Below, in pieces: positions 40,080-49,757 of a stretch of DNA of 64,000 nt. Below the pieces are notes generated by a model. That model saw nothing but the letters and a program-made list of their open reading frames with translations. It was not told where the DNA came from and did not search any database. The translations under genes were made by a program, and so were the position numbers. Every line of letters begins with the position of its first letter. Position 1 is the first letter of the stretch. The stretch is taken from NCBI GenBank assembly GCA_965219455.1, contig OZ244744.1:3456001-3520000 (forward strand). Reading direction: 5' to 3'. The stretch comes from Candidatus Latescibacterota bacterium. GTDB lineage: Bacteria > Latescibacterota > UBA2968 > GCA-2709665.

Positions 40080-42137
40080 TTACCACCTTACTCTGAAGCG
40101 CGTTTCCGCCAATGCTTTTCGACCTGTGTGCAGATCCTCCACCACGACTCTAAACGACCTCAGTCCCGTCGATGCGCCGTCCATATCCACGCGCAGGTGG
40201 CGCGGCTCCCAATCCCGGGCGCCCCGGTACGAGTAAGAAACTGCCGTGGTCCAGTCGGCCGTGGAACTGTCGCCCGCCCGTTCCGGCAGCGATTGTATCT
40301 GATAGCTGATGCGGTAGTGGGTGACGCCGTAGTCGTCACGCGAAAGATTGTAGATCTCAAAGTAGAACCACGCCTGTCCCTGTCGGCGGCAAACCTGCAA
40401 TGGATTCGGCAGCACGGCAAACTGCCCACGGCCGTATGGGGCGTCCTCCCGCATCTTAATGCGTCTTGCCATCAACAGGCTGCTGACCTCCAGTGTGTCC
40501 TGCCCGAATGATCTTACACGCAGCCGCTCCCGAAACGTGCCCACCCGCTTCGTCTGCCGGTCTTCGGCTTCGCCCGCGAGAAAATACGGCCCCGGCGCAA
40601 GGACTACGCGTTCCGCCGCCAACAGGAAGCCCTCTTCCGTGGATTCATACGCGACCCGCGGCATCTGCGCCACGCTAACGACGTTGTGACTCACGGTATC
40701 CCAATCGGAATCGAATAGAAAAAGCGCCTGTCTGACGTCCACTGCGGCGTTCCCGCTGCCCTCCGATCGTGCATGCCGCAGGTGTTCATCCAGAAGCGCG
40801 TAATACACTTCGACGCGCGTATTGCCGTTGTCATGCCGGAACTGCGCAGTCTGGTAAGGTGCGTCATACTGCAGGGGATGTTTATAGATGTCGGGTACCG
40901 CCTTAACCAGTTGCTCAAGAGTCAGGCGTTTGTTCCCCAGTCTGGCCATTCCGAATAGCCAGGAGTCCCAGGAAACCGTATTGGAGAACACCACTGTAAA
41001 CGAACCATAGTCCCATATTTCCTTCCGTCCCCTGGCGGGATCTTTCATGAAGCGGACGCGCGGATCTCCGTATCGGATATAGACCTGCCCCCGGTCGGTC
41101 TGCCAACCATCCCACCCGTTTATTGGATCGGAGAACCGCAGGTTCGCGTACGCCACGCGCCGGCACTGTTCCAGCAGGCGTTCATTGACCGATGTCAGAT
41201 ACATCGGGTCCTTTCCGAACCAGAACTTGCGGATCTCCTCTTCGCTCGGGACCGGCTCACCCGGTTTATCCTGACCGGGGTCTCGAATCAGGAAGACCGA
41301 CTGCATGAACCTGCGGGCCGTTTCAGTCATCCGGTTCAGTCCATCCACATAGGCCCGATGGGCAGCATCCAGATCCCCCTTCATCTGATAGCCCAGGCCC
41401 GCGAAAAAGTGGGCGTTCCAATTCTCCGGCCGGCGCTTTCGATAGGCTTCGAAGAGGTCGATCAGGGGCTCGGGCATTCCGGCCGCGTAGAAGGATAGGC
41501 CGAGGTACTGGTGAGACGGCCAGTGGACCGGATCCACGCCGATGGCGTGGGTCAGGTACGCGATTCCGCGGTCTATTTCCAGATCCGGATACTCGACGTA
41601 CGTGAGCGTTTTTCTACCGACGATTGAATGTCTTCCCACTCCCGCTTTGGCATCGTCATCAGGCATATCGGTGAAATAGGTCATCTCCCAGGACCAGACC
41701 ACAAAGCGCCCCGCCCAGAATAACGCCTCTACATGATCCGGATCCAGCGCCAGAGCCTCGATCGCTTTTCGGAAAGAATTCGGACGCTGTAAAGTCCGCC
41801 AAAACAACTCAGCGTAAGTTGCCAGATAGTCCGGGTTTTCCCGCTCCCGCATCAGTGCGCGCAGCAGCCATTTGCCCGCTGTCTGACGGGATACCGGCGT
41901 GCCCTTCGCTATGTAAAACCTCGCCAGCGCGTGCATTGCCTTTCCGGACCGGTCATGGCTCAGCGCATCCTTCATCAGGGCTTCACGACGGTCCTGATGA
42001 AGCAGCGTATCCGCCGCAACGGCCAGTAGCGAGTCCATCCTTACGGGATCGGACCGTTTGGCATCGACACGGATGGTACTCAAAACCAACAGGCAGACAG
42101 CTAATGAAAGGTGAACCATTTTCGTGGCTCCTTGCAT
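40080..42137 (-). CDS. TPR + GWxTD domain protein
   Basis: Signal peptide, TPRs, FW..KDP...NE...RRVAYAN..F and GWQTDRGQVYIRYGDP. Start may be the second Met (MVHLS). Confidence 0.88.
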   Translation of the reverse strand: MQGATKMVHLSLAVCLLVLSTIRVDAKRSDPVRMDSLLAVAADTLLHQDRREALMKDALSHDRSGKAMHALARFYIAKGTPVSRQTAGKWLLRALMRERENPDYLATYAELFWRTLQRPNSFRKAIEALALDPDHVEALFWAGRFVVWSWEMTYFTDMPDDDAKAGVGRHSIVGRKTLTYVEYPDLEIDRGIAYLTHAIGVDPVHWPSHQYLGLSFYAAGMPEPLIDLFEAYRKRRPENWNAHFFAGLGYQMKGDLDAAHRAYVDGLNRMTETARRFMQSVFLIRDPGQDKPGEPVPSEEEIRKFWFGKDPMYLTSVNERLLEQCRRVAYANLRFSDPINGWDGWQTDRGQVYIRYGDPRVRFMKDPARGRKEIWDYGSFTVVFSNTVSWDSWLFGMARLGNKRLTLEQLVKAVPDIYKHPLQYDAPYQTAQFRHDNGNTRVEVYYALLDEHLRHARSEGSGNAAVDVRQALFLFDSDWDTVSHNVVSVAQMPRVAYESTEEGFLLAAERVVLAPGPYFLAGEAEDRQTKRVGTFRERLRVRSFGQDTLEVSSLLMARRIKMREDAPYGRGQFAVLPNPLQVCRRQGQAWFYFEIYNLSRDDYGVTHYRISYQIQSLPERAGDSSTADWTTAVSYSYRGARDWEPRHLRVDMDGASTGLRSFRVVVEDLHTGRKALAETRFRVRW

Positions 42138-42368
42138 CCCTTAAGCGGCAGGATCTCGCCCGCCATTCGTGATTGGATTCACTGTCTGGAAAGACAACCT
42201 GGCGCAAGGGTTTGCAACTGGGTTGGCGGATTCAGCCCCTTCACATTGTAAGACACTCGTTCTCGAGCCCGGGTTCGATAAAATCCGGGATAATTCTCCA
42301 TCCTTACACAAAAAAAAGGGCCTTACATACTTAACTTGACAAAAGGCTGGGGTTTGAAAGGAGTGGTT

Positions 42369-42617
42369 TTATGGGTTTGGTTCGTCGTCATCAGGAAGAG
42401 ACTTGCGAACACTGTCAGCGACTTTTTGAAGTTCGGTTTCGGCGTATGCTTCCTTCAAGAGAGGAAGTTTCGAAAGGCAGTCAGCGCGGTTTTGAAGGTC
42501 TAATCGAAGGCTATGTTTTTGGGAATCTGGTAAAGTCCGAAGAGTAACTTCGACGACGTTCTCGATGGCCAGTATGCGGAGTTCGAGATCTCGGAGTATA
42601 ATGCCTTTGATGTCCAC
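42369..42617 (-). CDS. Small hypothetical protein (element cargo)
   Basis: AAAGGAGG ribosome-binding site before GTG; 82 aa, helical. Confidence 0.6.
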   Translation of the reverse strand: MDIKGIILRDLELRILAIENVVEVTLRTLPDSQKHSLRLDLQNRADCLSKLPLLKEAYAETELQKVADSVRKSLPDDDEPNP

Positions 42618-42881
42618 AGAGAATCCTCCTTTTTTCTACCTAAGTCAAGGTGAAGTGCTTGACAAAAGGCTGGGGGTTTATGGAGCCCATTGAAAGCAGG
42701 GAGGGGCAGGGTGCATCCGAAGATTGAATAAGACGACGGATTCCCTTGAGAAGTTTTAAGACTGTCCTGATTAACCACTTCCAAAAAATGGTTCGGGGAC
42801 TTCTTCCTCAAAGATAAACAAACGAGATCCAAAACGGTTCATATAGATATCTTGTAGAGCGCCTCAGAGAAGCCCAAACAG

Positions 42882-42920
42882 AAAATCCCCGACACACCTC
42901 TTCCAAGGTCGGGGATCTTT
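42882..42920. terminator. Putative intrinsic terminator
   Basis: ATCCCCGAC...GTCGGGGAT 9-bp stem, flanked by AAAA and CTTT, downstream of the 183-aa gene. Confidence 0.55.
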
Positions 42921-42954
42921 GTGCTTTACACAACACCCAGGAGCGCTTCCTGGG

Positions 42955-43506
42955 CTATCTTCGAGAAAAGCTACTCCCTTCTAAGTGCTGACGAAACTCT
43001 GCATATGCTTGATCGAGATTTGCCTTTCTGCCTTCCCACAGCACCTTCGTCGAATAGGTGGTCATTGCCGCTCCTACAGCCCCAACCATAAAGCCATAGT
43101 ATTCTTTCTGGTGGTCAACTGCCGGGTCAGTCAGTGTCTTATTTCCGCGAAACAATACAGTTTGATCGTACCGTGGACCCAGATCCTTTAATTCAAATCC
43201 AGCAGCCATAAGACCCACTCCAAGGAATATCTGTAATGCTTCACGAAATTTCTTCACTGGTTCTTGACGAACCTTGGGCTTACGTTGATCCCAGAGATGC
43301 TTAACCGAAAGGGTGATGAGCGATGAACCTGCTATTCCTCGAAGAAATGCCATACTCTCAGGAACATCTTCATCAGCACTAAAATAAATTTGTTGTGTGC
43401 GCTCCGGCCAATACTCAACCGTATAGTTATCATCTATACCCCTGAGCCCACTGACAAACAAGAAGCTCCCGGCTAACAGACCCAAAATTCCGATTTTCAT
43501 AATCAC
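42955..43506 (-). CDS. Hypothetical membrane protein (element cargo)
   Basis: 183 aa with four hydrophobic segments that look like two internal repeats (..SVKHLWD / ..STKVLWE). Confidence 0.65.
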   Translation of the reverse strand: MIMKIGILGLLAGSFLFVSGLRGIDDNYTVEYWPERTQQIYFSADEDVPESMAFLRGIAGSSLITLSVKHLWDQRKPKVRQEPVKKFREALQIFLGVGLMAAGFELKDLGPRYDQTVLFRGNKTLTDPAVDHQKEYYGFMVGAVGAAMTTYSTKVLWEGRKANLDQAYAEFRQHLEGSSFSRR

Positions 43507-43818
43507 CTACCAATGTGTGTTTGTTTCAATAATTTTTACTTGAGCATCTTTTTCGTCGCTATCCGCTTCATTTCGTCTAAGTGTTTGATAACTACCTCGA
43601 TGCAGACGAATATCCTGCCAGAAAGCAACATTATCATCAGAACTGGTTGGATCTGCTTCCCAAATCTGAAGTTTATCTAAGTCCTGATTGCAAGTTCCGT
43701 GTATCTCAGACGATTGCCAATTGGTGTATACTGAATCAACAACATCAAGCTCAGGTAATGGTTTACGGTCTATGTCTATCGAATTATTATAATAATACAG
43801 TTCTAACCTGGTTAATAC
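43507..43818 (-). pseudogene. 3' remnant of a gene lacking its start (not in the ORF track)
   Basis: About 104 stop-free codons (VLTRLELYYYNN...KLQIWEADPTSSDDNVAFW...NTHW*). Its TAG abuts the GTG of the next gene, and there is no in-frame start codon. Confidence 0.6.
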
Positions 43819-43819
43819 T

Positions 43820-44473
43820 AAAGATTGGTGGGAAATTCCTATGATCGCTACATCAAATAAAACTGAGCGCGTAGGCTATCCAACCCAGAAACCAATCGCC
43901 TTGTACGAACGAATCATAAAAGCCAGCAGCAATGAAGGTAATATCGTCCTTGATCCATTTTGCGGTTGCGCAACAACACTAATTGCAGCCGAACGCCTGG
44001 GTAGACAATGGGTAGGCATGGACATATGGAATAAAGCCCACGACCTCGTCATAGAACGACTCAAAAGGGAAGGACTGGCAGGACCGGACGGCGATACAGG
44101 AGGCAAGCTGGCCTTTGGGGATATCACGTACACAAAAAAGCCACCTGAGAGGACGGACAGTGGTATTGATGTTGCCCCTTTTCTACGTGTTCGGGAAGTG
44201 GTAAAAGAACCGAAAGATAAATATTCGACAAACGCCCAACGGCGGGCGTTCCTACTTAAACAGCATGGCTGTGTCTGTCAAGGTTGCAACCGCTCATTTG
44301 ATGACGACAGGTATTTGGAACTGGATCACAACACACCCAGAGCTGACGGAGGTTGGAACCATATTTCCAACCGTGTCTTACTCTGTGGCCCATGTAACAG
44401 ACTGAAAAGCCATGTTTATACATTGTCGGGATTAAGGCGGGAAAATAAGAAGAGGGGATATGTGGTAGATTAG
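43820..44473 (+). pseudogene. 5'-truncated N6/N4 DNA methyltransferase fused to an HNH domain
   Basis: KDWWEIP precedes the ATG in frame, then ERVGYPTQKP and VLDPFCG; no DPPY-type catalytic motif. C-terminal CQGC...ELDHNTPRADGG.N...N..LLC.PCN..K. Confidence 0.8.
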
Positions 44474-44533
44474 ATGAAAACCAATTCAAAAATGTGCTGA
44501 TAATTAGTTTGTCAAGCTAAGTATATAAGCCCC

Positions 44534-44556
44534 AAAAAAAAGGGCCGGTAGGCCCT
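44534..44556 (-). terminator. Intrinsic terminator downstream of the second GWxTD gene
   Basis: Minus strand AGGGCC-TACC-GGCCC followed by T8. Confidence 0.7.
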
Positions 44557-44672
44557 CCCTTCCCTCTCTGGATGCAAGTGACGGAAATATCAAACCATTT
44601 CAGTTTCAAATTCGTGATTCGACCAGGATCGGGACCGGTCGAATACAGTCGAGCGATAGGAGCGGTCCGTGA

Positions 44673-46886
44673 CTATCCATCCAACCGGAATACGGCGTTC
44701 CTGGAAGCCGAAGTACTCGAATTCAGATCTGCCACCGTGACTTCTATCTGATGAAGACCCGGTTTTACCTTTTTCATATCCAGCTCAAAGTAGATGGGCT
44801 CGGAGGAATCCGTACCCGCTCGCTCATAGCTTACCACCAACTCCGGTTCCGTTTTGCGGACAAACTGGCGTATTTTCGCCGCCAGGGCGCCGAACGGGTT
44901 GAATCCCCGCCTGATGTTTTGCCGTAGCGTGTAAGATACCCGGTAACGGGTTTGACCGAACTCATCCTTCAGTAAGCGATACACCTCATAGTAAATGAAT
45001 ACGCTCTGGCCTCTCCCATAACTCCGGCTGGGCATGGGAACCACCGAGACATCGCCTTTCTGGAATTTGGCGGCTCCGCGGGTCTTCGATATTCCCCACG
45101 CCAGTTCCAGGTCGCTCAGCTTGAGAGAATCTCCATATGCAGGCACATCCAGATCCTGATGATACAGCCCCCACTTGTCCGAATAGAGGTCCGTCAACTG
45201 AACGGCGAGCCGATAGGCCCCCGGCGGCAGCCGTACCGTCATTGTCTGAGGCACGAACGTGCCGGGTTTCGCGTTCTGCTGTCCTGTAAACGCGAGCCGG
45301 TCCCGTACCCTGTGGATCACGTCGCCTTTTTCGTCAACCACGGCAACCGTATATTCAACCTGGGACAGAAGGCGATCTTCGATTTCTCTGCTTACAACGT
45401 GTTCCACGGGGATGCCGAAATAGACCTCCAACTTCGTGCGGTCAACCCCTCCATAGAAGGTGGCAAGATCATAGTAGAACTCCAGGGCTTCGACACCGGG
45501 GGGCAGGTCGAAATAATCCGGCGTCCTGGAGGCCACGTCTTTAAAAACGACCGCAGGATTGTACTTCATGAATCGGCTGAATTTCCCGATGTCGGTGTTA
45601 AACCCAATTTTCGGCGGCGGCGCGAAATCCCAATTTCCATTTCCGACCTCATCCGTGAACACAAATTCAATCCCTCCCCCGACGCCGGTGTAAACCCATG
45701 ACTCCCAGGCGACCCGGTTTCCGCCGAGACGAAAACTCTTTACAGGATAGATGGGCTCGGTGATCGCCTGTTCGTATTTTCCCACGTCAAAGGTCTCCAC
45801 CCCATACAAATGGAAATGGATCAATTCCTTCACTGACTGTACGTCCAGACTGGCCGGTTGGTTTGTCCGGTCCGACCTGGAACGATAGTCGGGCTCACCG
45901 TAGCGGATGTAAACCTCCCCCCGTCGATCCCAGGGATGCATTTTGTCGGAAAAATAGGTGCGCGCGTACCAGATACGCCGGTAGTGTTCCGCCTGGCGGT
46001 GCGCTCCCCCGGATACCAGGGTTGGATCCCGCTGGCGCCAGAACGGCTTCAACGAGTGTGCCGCCGTTCCGGAATGTGTCGAGGTGTACGCTTTCAACTC
46101 CTCGGGAGAAGCAATCAGTGAAATATCCTTGTAGAGCTTCCGCTCTGTCTCGGAAATGAGTCCTAAATAGGCTTCAAACAGGTGCAGAGCTTTATCAGCG
46201 TCTCCTCGTGCGGCGTATGCCTGCGCAGCCAGCGGCAGGAAACGGCTGGACCCGGGATGTTTCTCGAGTACCCGGTTCGTGATTGCTAGTACCAGAACAT
46301 ATCGCTGTTGCCCGGTATATGCCATTGCCAGACCGAAGTGTCCGTCCAGGTCGTCCGGCCGCAACTCCAGGTACCGCTCATACAGGACCACCCTCCGGTC
46401 TTCGTATCCATCCGAAAGCCATTCCGCAAGGGTGAAGTACGCGGGCGCGTAGCCCGGATGGTGCTTGATGACGTCCTTCAGGGCCTTCTCAGCGTCCAGT
46501 TGCCCCAACTGTTTCTGCAGGCGGGCGATATTCATTCTGGCCTCGGCATAGTCGGGATCTGCCGCCAGTGCCCGTCTGAAGTACTCGAAAGCCTTCCTGT
46601 TCACCGCCCTGGAGCTCGGATCAAGCATGTAAGCCAGCCCCAGACCGTTGTATCCATCGGCCCTGTTGTTGCTTCGAATGCCCTTCCTGAACGCCCCTTT
46701 TGCCCGCTTGAAGTCACCCGCGGCAAGATAGGCGTGCCCGAGGCGCACCCATGCGCGCCCGTCCTTCGGATCAGCATGTGTTGTGGCCTCAAGTGCCTTT
46801 AGCGAATCCGATTCAGCTGCAGGTGAAACCAGTGGAATGAATACAACGACCACCAAAAGGAAAGCAGTCCCGATAGAGTTTCTCAT
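44673..46886 (-). CDS. TPR + GWxTD domain protein (variant motif)
   Basis: Signal peptide from ATG 46886, TPRs, FWRQRDP...EHYRRIWYA..YF and PWDRRGEVYIRYGEPD. The ORF-track extension runs through the MITE. Confidence 0.85.
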   Translation of the reverse strand: MRNSIGTAFLLVVVVFIPLVSPAAESDSLKALEATTHADPKDGRAWVRLGHAYLAAGDFKRAKGAFRKGIRSNNRADGYNGLGLAYMLDPSSRAVNRKAFEYFRRALAADPDYAEARMNIARLQKQLGQLDAEKALKDVIKHHPGYAPAYFTLAEWLSDGYEDRRVVLYERYLELRPDDLDGHFGLAMAYTGQQRYVLVLAITNRVLEKHPGSSRFLPLAAQAYAARGDADKALHLFEAYLGLISETERKLYKDISLIASPEELKAYTSTHSGTAAHSLKPFWRQRDPTLVSGGAHRQAEHYRRIWYARTYFSDKMHPWDRRGEVYIRYGEPDYRSRSDRTNQPASLDVQSVKELIHFHLYGVETFDVGKYEQAITEPIYPVKSFRLGGNRVAWESWVYTGVGGGIEFVFTDEVGNGNWDFAPPPKIGFNTDIGKFSRFMKYNPAVVFKDVASRTPDYFDLPPGVEALEFYYDLATFYGGVDRTKLEVYFGIPVEHVVSREIEDRLLSQVEYTVAVVDEKGDVIHRVRDRLAFTGQQNAKPGTFVPQTMTVRLPPGAYRLAVQLTDLYSDKWGLYHQDLDVPAYGDSLKLSDLELAWGISKTRGAAKFQKGDVSVVPMPSRSYGRGQSVFIYYEVYRLLKDEFGQTRYRVSYTLRQNIRRGFNPFGALAAKIRQFVRKTEPELVVSYERAGTDSSEPIYFELDMKKVKPGLHQIEVTVADLNSSTSASRNAVFRLDG

Positions 46887-46900
46887 ATTGGCAACCTTAA

Positions 46901-47059
46901 CAGCCCGTTGAAAAAGTCCATCCGGGCTGCGTCCGGCCCTTGTGTCCGAATTACTGCGTTGCGCTCCCTCCCCGAATCCCCGATTCGACGCGGTCGCGCG
47001 CCTTGTCTTCGGCCACAATGACTCGGCCTCGCCTGCAGAGCGACTTTTTCAACGGACTG
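46901..47059. mobile_element. MITE, 159 bp
   Basis: TIRs CAGCCCGTTGAAAAAGTC / GACTTTTTCAACGGACTG (17/18), flanked by TTAA on both sides; second copy at 58340. Confidence 0.85.
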
Positions 47060-47472
47060 TTAAGTTGGGAATCCATCCCTGCTTTGAAGTTGATGGTTTG
47101 GTCGAGGTCGGTCGGCATCAGGCGCCGCCGCGCCAAGGATGCAGAGGGCGATCACGGCCAGGACTGCCGCGCGCATAAAGTCTCTTGGCACAGTGCCGCC
47201 TGAGTTTGGTCGAAGAATGGAGCCTGGACGATATTTCACGAGTATTCCTGTCTTTGAGGGAATGGCACGATCGGCCTGCGTCATACCAGGGCGGCAGACG
47301 GCGTTGGGATGCCCACGTGCCCGATCATTCCACACGTTGATGAAATAGTATAGCGATGAAACGTAAGACGGGGAGAGAATGTCGACAGGATCGAATAGGG
47401 GATTATTCGCGAGTTCCCCGCCAACACACCGGATCTGGGTAGAATCCGGGCCTCAAAAATCCTGCAAATTCG

Positions 47473-47991
47473 CTAAAACAGAATTTGCCTTCCTGCAAGA
47501 TTGCTCAACATTAGCTGAAACTCGTCTATTCGCAAATTGCCTCTGTATATCAGCAGGTTCACGCCTTCGATCCCTTCAGGCGTCGGGAAGTCGATCTGGT
47601 CGACAAAGGCGGCAAAAGCCTCGTGGAAGGTGGCCAGCCCCTGCTCGTACCGGTCGTGAATCCGGCTCAATTCAGCGTCATCCGGCCTTATGTTCCTGAC
47701 CCGCTCCTGCAATGCCTCCAGGCGGACGATCATATTCGACATGAACTGCCGTGTCCAGTACCTTGAAACCACGCCGCCCGACCATCCCTGGGAGATGGAC
47801 GCGAATTCGGCATTCATCAGATTCACTGTCTCGTAGGTCCGCGAGACGTTTACCAGGTACGCATTCAGATCCGATACAGCAACCGACAACATCACAGCCG
47901 TGGTGTCGGGTGTCGGCTCAACCACCCCTACGGGATCCGACGATCCGCAGCCCAGGCAGAAGATCAATAGTATTCCCAGCCAACGCTTCAT
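47473..47991 (-). CDS. Putative lipoprotein
   Basis: MKRWLGILLIFCLGC lipobox-like signal; helical body. Confidence 0.7.
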   Translation of the reverse strand: MKRWLGILLIFCLGCGSSDPVGVVEPTPDTTAVMLSVAVSDLNAYLVNVSRTYETVNLMNAEFASISQGWSGGVVSRYWTRQFMSNMIVRLEALQERVRNIRPDDAELSRIHDRYEQGLATFHEAFAAFVDQIDFPTPEGIEGVNLLIYRGNLRIDEFQLMLSNLAGRQILF

Positions 47992-48033
47992 TTCCGTCGA
48001 CCTCTCACCCGGCCAGATTCCACGTTGTAGCGT

Positions 48034-48972
48034 TCAATCCTGTGAAATGAAGGACGGCTTGCGACTTCCACCCAACCGCTTCTCGTACACCGCGCGCCGG
48101 AGAACCACCTCAAAGCCCAGCCGGTGGTACAGGCGAACGGCCGATTCCAGCGTTTCACTGGTGTTCAGGATCGCTTCCCCGTACCCCAGTTCCTTCAATT
48201 TATGCACCGCCCGGACGTTCAGCACCCACCCCAAACCTTTTCTCCGATGTTCCGGTACAACCGCCACCCAGTGAATCAGACCGACTTCCTTACCCCGATT
48301 CATGGCTGTCCAGGCCGTGGTCGTGCCCACGGGTTCACCGTTGCAAATAGCAAACAGGACCCGCGCCGGCTCGAAATACGGTGAGTCGAGATATTCTTTC
48401 CGGAAGTCCACTTCCGTCCACGCCCGGCCGCCGCCTTCACTCAAGAAAGCGGCATTCTTGATCCGAACGAATGCCGAATCGTCGCCCGTTTCGTAAGTCC
48501 TGATTCGGTACCCCGCCGGCGGTTTCGCCTCGGGAAGATCAGTCAGTTCACGCCACATTCGCAACCCCGCGCCGAACATGGGTTTCCAGCCTGTCCGTTC
48601 GAGCAGTCGAACCGCCGCAACGTCGTCGCTGGCAATGTTCGTGCCCGTCCGCAAAGATTCGTACCCGTTTCTGCCGGCAACCACTTCCACGTTCGCCAGT
48701 AGATGCCGACCCACACCCGCGCGGCGGTGTTCGGGAAGTACCCCCAGAAATCTTAGCACCGCGGCACGGTCTTCGCCTGTTGACCTCAGAATGCAGACAC
48801 CCACGGGCGTCGCACCATCGAACGCCAGCACAATCTGGTCACTACGCAGATTTTCGAGGTTTTCCAGGGTCGGCGGCGTCAGATCTCCGCCCCCCTCGGC
48901 ACAACGCGCCATCAAGTCCACGAGACCCTGAATTGAAAGGGACCCATCCCGCAGACGAAGCGTTGTGTTCAC
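48034..48972 (-). CDS. Tandem GNAT acetyltransferase (mycothiol-synthase-like architecture)
   Basis: Two acetyl-CoA motifs (VLPEHRRAGVG and VVPEHRRKGLG) plus AVRLYHRLGF. GTG start overlaps the SDR stop. Confidence 0.85.
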   Translation of the reverse strand: MNTTLRLRDGSLSIQGLVDLMARCAEGGGDLTPPTLENLENLRSDQIVLAFDGATPVGVCILRSTGEDRAAVLRFLGVLPEHRRAGVGRHLLANVEVVAGRNGYESLRTGTNIASDDVAAVRLLERTGWKPMFGAGLRMWRELTDLPEAKPPAGYRIRTYETGDDSAFVRIKNAAFLSEGGGRAWTEVDFRKEYLDSPYFEPARVLFAICNGEPVGTTTAWTAMNRGKEVGLIHWVAVVPEHRRKGLGWVLNVRAVHKLKELGYGEAILNTSETLESAVRLYHRLGFEVVLRRAVYEKRLGGSRKPSFISQD

Positions 48973-49757
48973 GTGAGTTTGCCTTCCACATGATCCAGAA
49001 AAGCCGGATTTCCCGATGTCACGCCCCCATCGGCAACAACAACCGCACCGGTAACGAACGATGCCTCGTCCGAGGCCAGAAAGAGCGCGACGTTGGCGAT
49101 TTCCTCGGGTTTTCCGACGCGCTTGAGGGGATAGACCTGCGCAATGCGTTCGAATATTTCCGGATCCTTTTCCAGTACGGGCTGCCACCCTTCCGTGTCA
49201 ATGGTTCCCGGGCAGATTGCATTCACCCGCACCCCCTCCGGGCCGTAATCCACCGCCATTGTTTTCGTGAGTGAAATGACGCCCGCCTTTGCCGCGCTGT
49301 ACGCGCTCTCTCCAAACGACATAATCGCGTTGACGGACGAAATATTCACGATCGATCCGCCGCCGCGATGGATCATCCGGGGAAGCGCCGCCCGGCTGCA
49401 CAGGTAGGCGCTCTTCAGGCATCCCTCGATATTCCGGTCCCATAATTCCGGCTCGATCTCCAGGACATGAGTCCCATGGCAATAATAGGCATTGTTCACC
49501 AGAATATCAAGGCCGCCATACCTTTTCATGGCCATTTCGAGCGCGCGTTTTACATCCGCCTCATCGGTGGCGCTGCCAACCACCAGCGTCGCCGCGCCGT
49601 CCGCCCGGTGGATCGACTCAACGATGGCCTCTCCGCGCGCCTGGTCCAGTTCCAGTACAACCACCTTTGCGCCTTCCTTCGCGAACCGCATTGACGCGGC
49701 CCTGCCGATACCTGCGCCGCCGCCCGTAATCCAGGCGACCTTTCCATCTAACCGCAT
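48969..49757 (-). CDS. Short-chain dehydrogenase/reductase
   Basis: TGGGAGIG, NNA, YSAAK and VNAICPG. Confidence 0.93.
   Translation of the reverse strand: MRLDGKVAWITGGGAGIGRAASMRFAKEGAKVVVLELDQARGEAIVESIHRADGAATLVVGSATDEADVKRALEMAMKRYGGLDILVNNAYYCHGTHVLEIEPELWDRNIEGCLKSAYLCSRAALPRMIHRGGGSIVNISSVNAIMSFGESAYSAAKAGVISLTKTMAVDYGPEGVRVNAICPGTIDTEGWQPVLEKDPEIFERIAQVYPLKRVGKPEEIANVALFLASDEASFVTGAVVVADGGVTSGNPAFLDHVEGKLT

Larger units (their letters stand above)
42318..44533. mobile_element. Non-autonomous TIR-bounded cargo element (IS1595-like by end structure), 2216 bp
   Basis: Left end GGGCCTTACATACTTAACTTGACAAA vs reverse-complemented right end GGGGCTTATATACTTAGCTTGACAAA (23/26). A8 runs at 42310-42317 and 44534-44541; AT-rich interior; no transposase ORF. 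Confidence 0.8.

Noticed and set aside
43581-43844. 87-aa plus-strand ORF as the missing methyltransferase N-terminus
   Set aside because: It has no DPPY-type motif, and the opposite-strand frame coupled to the next gene explains the region better.
46887-47018. N-terminal extension of the second GWxTD ORF
   Set aside because: It is translated MITE sequence; the signal peptide begins at ATG 46886.
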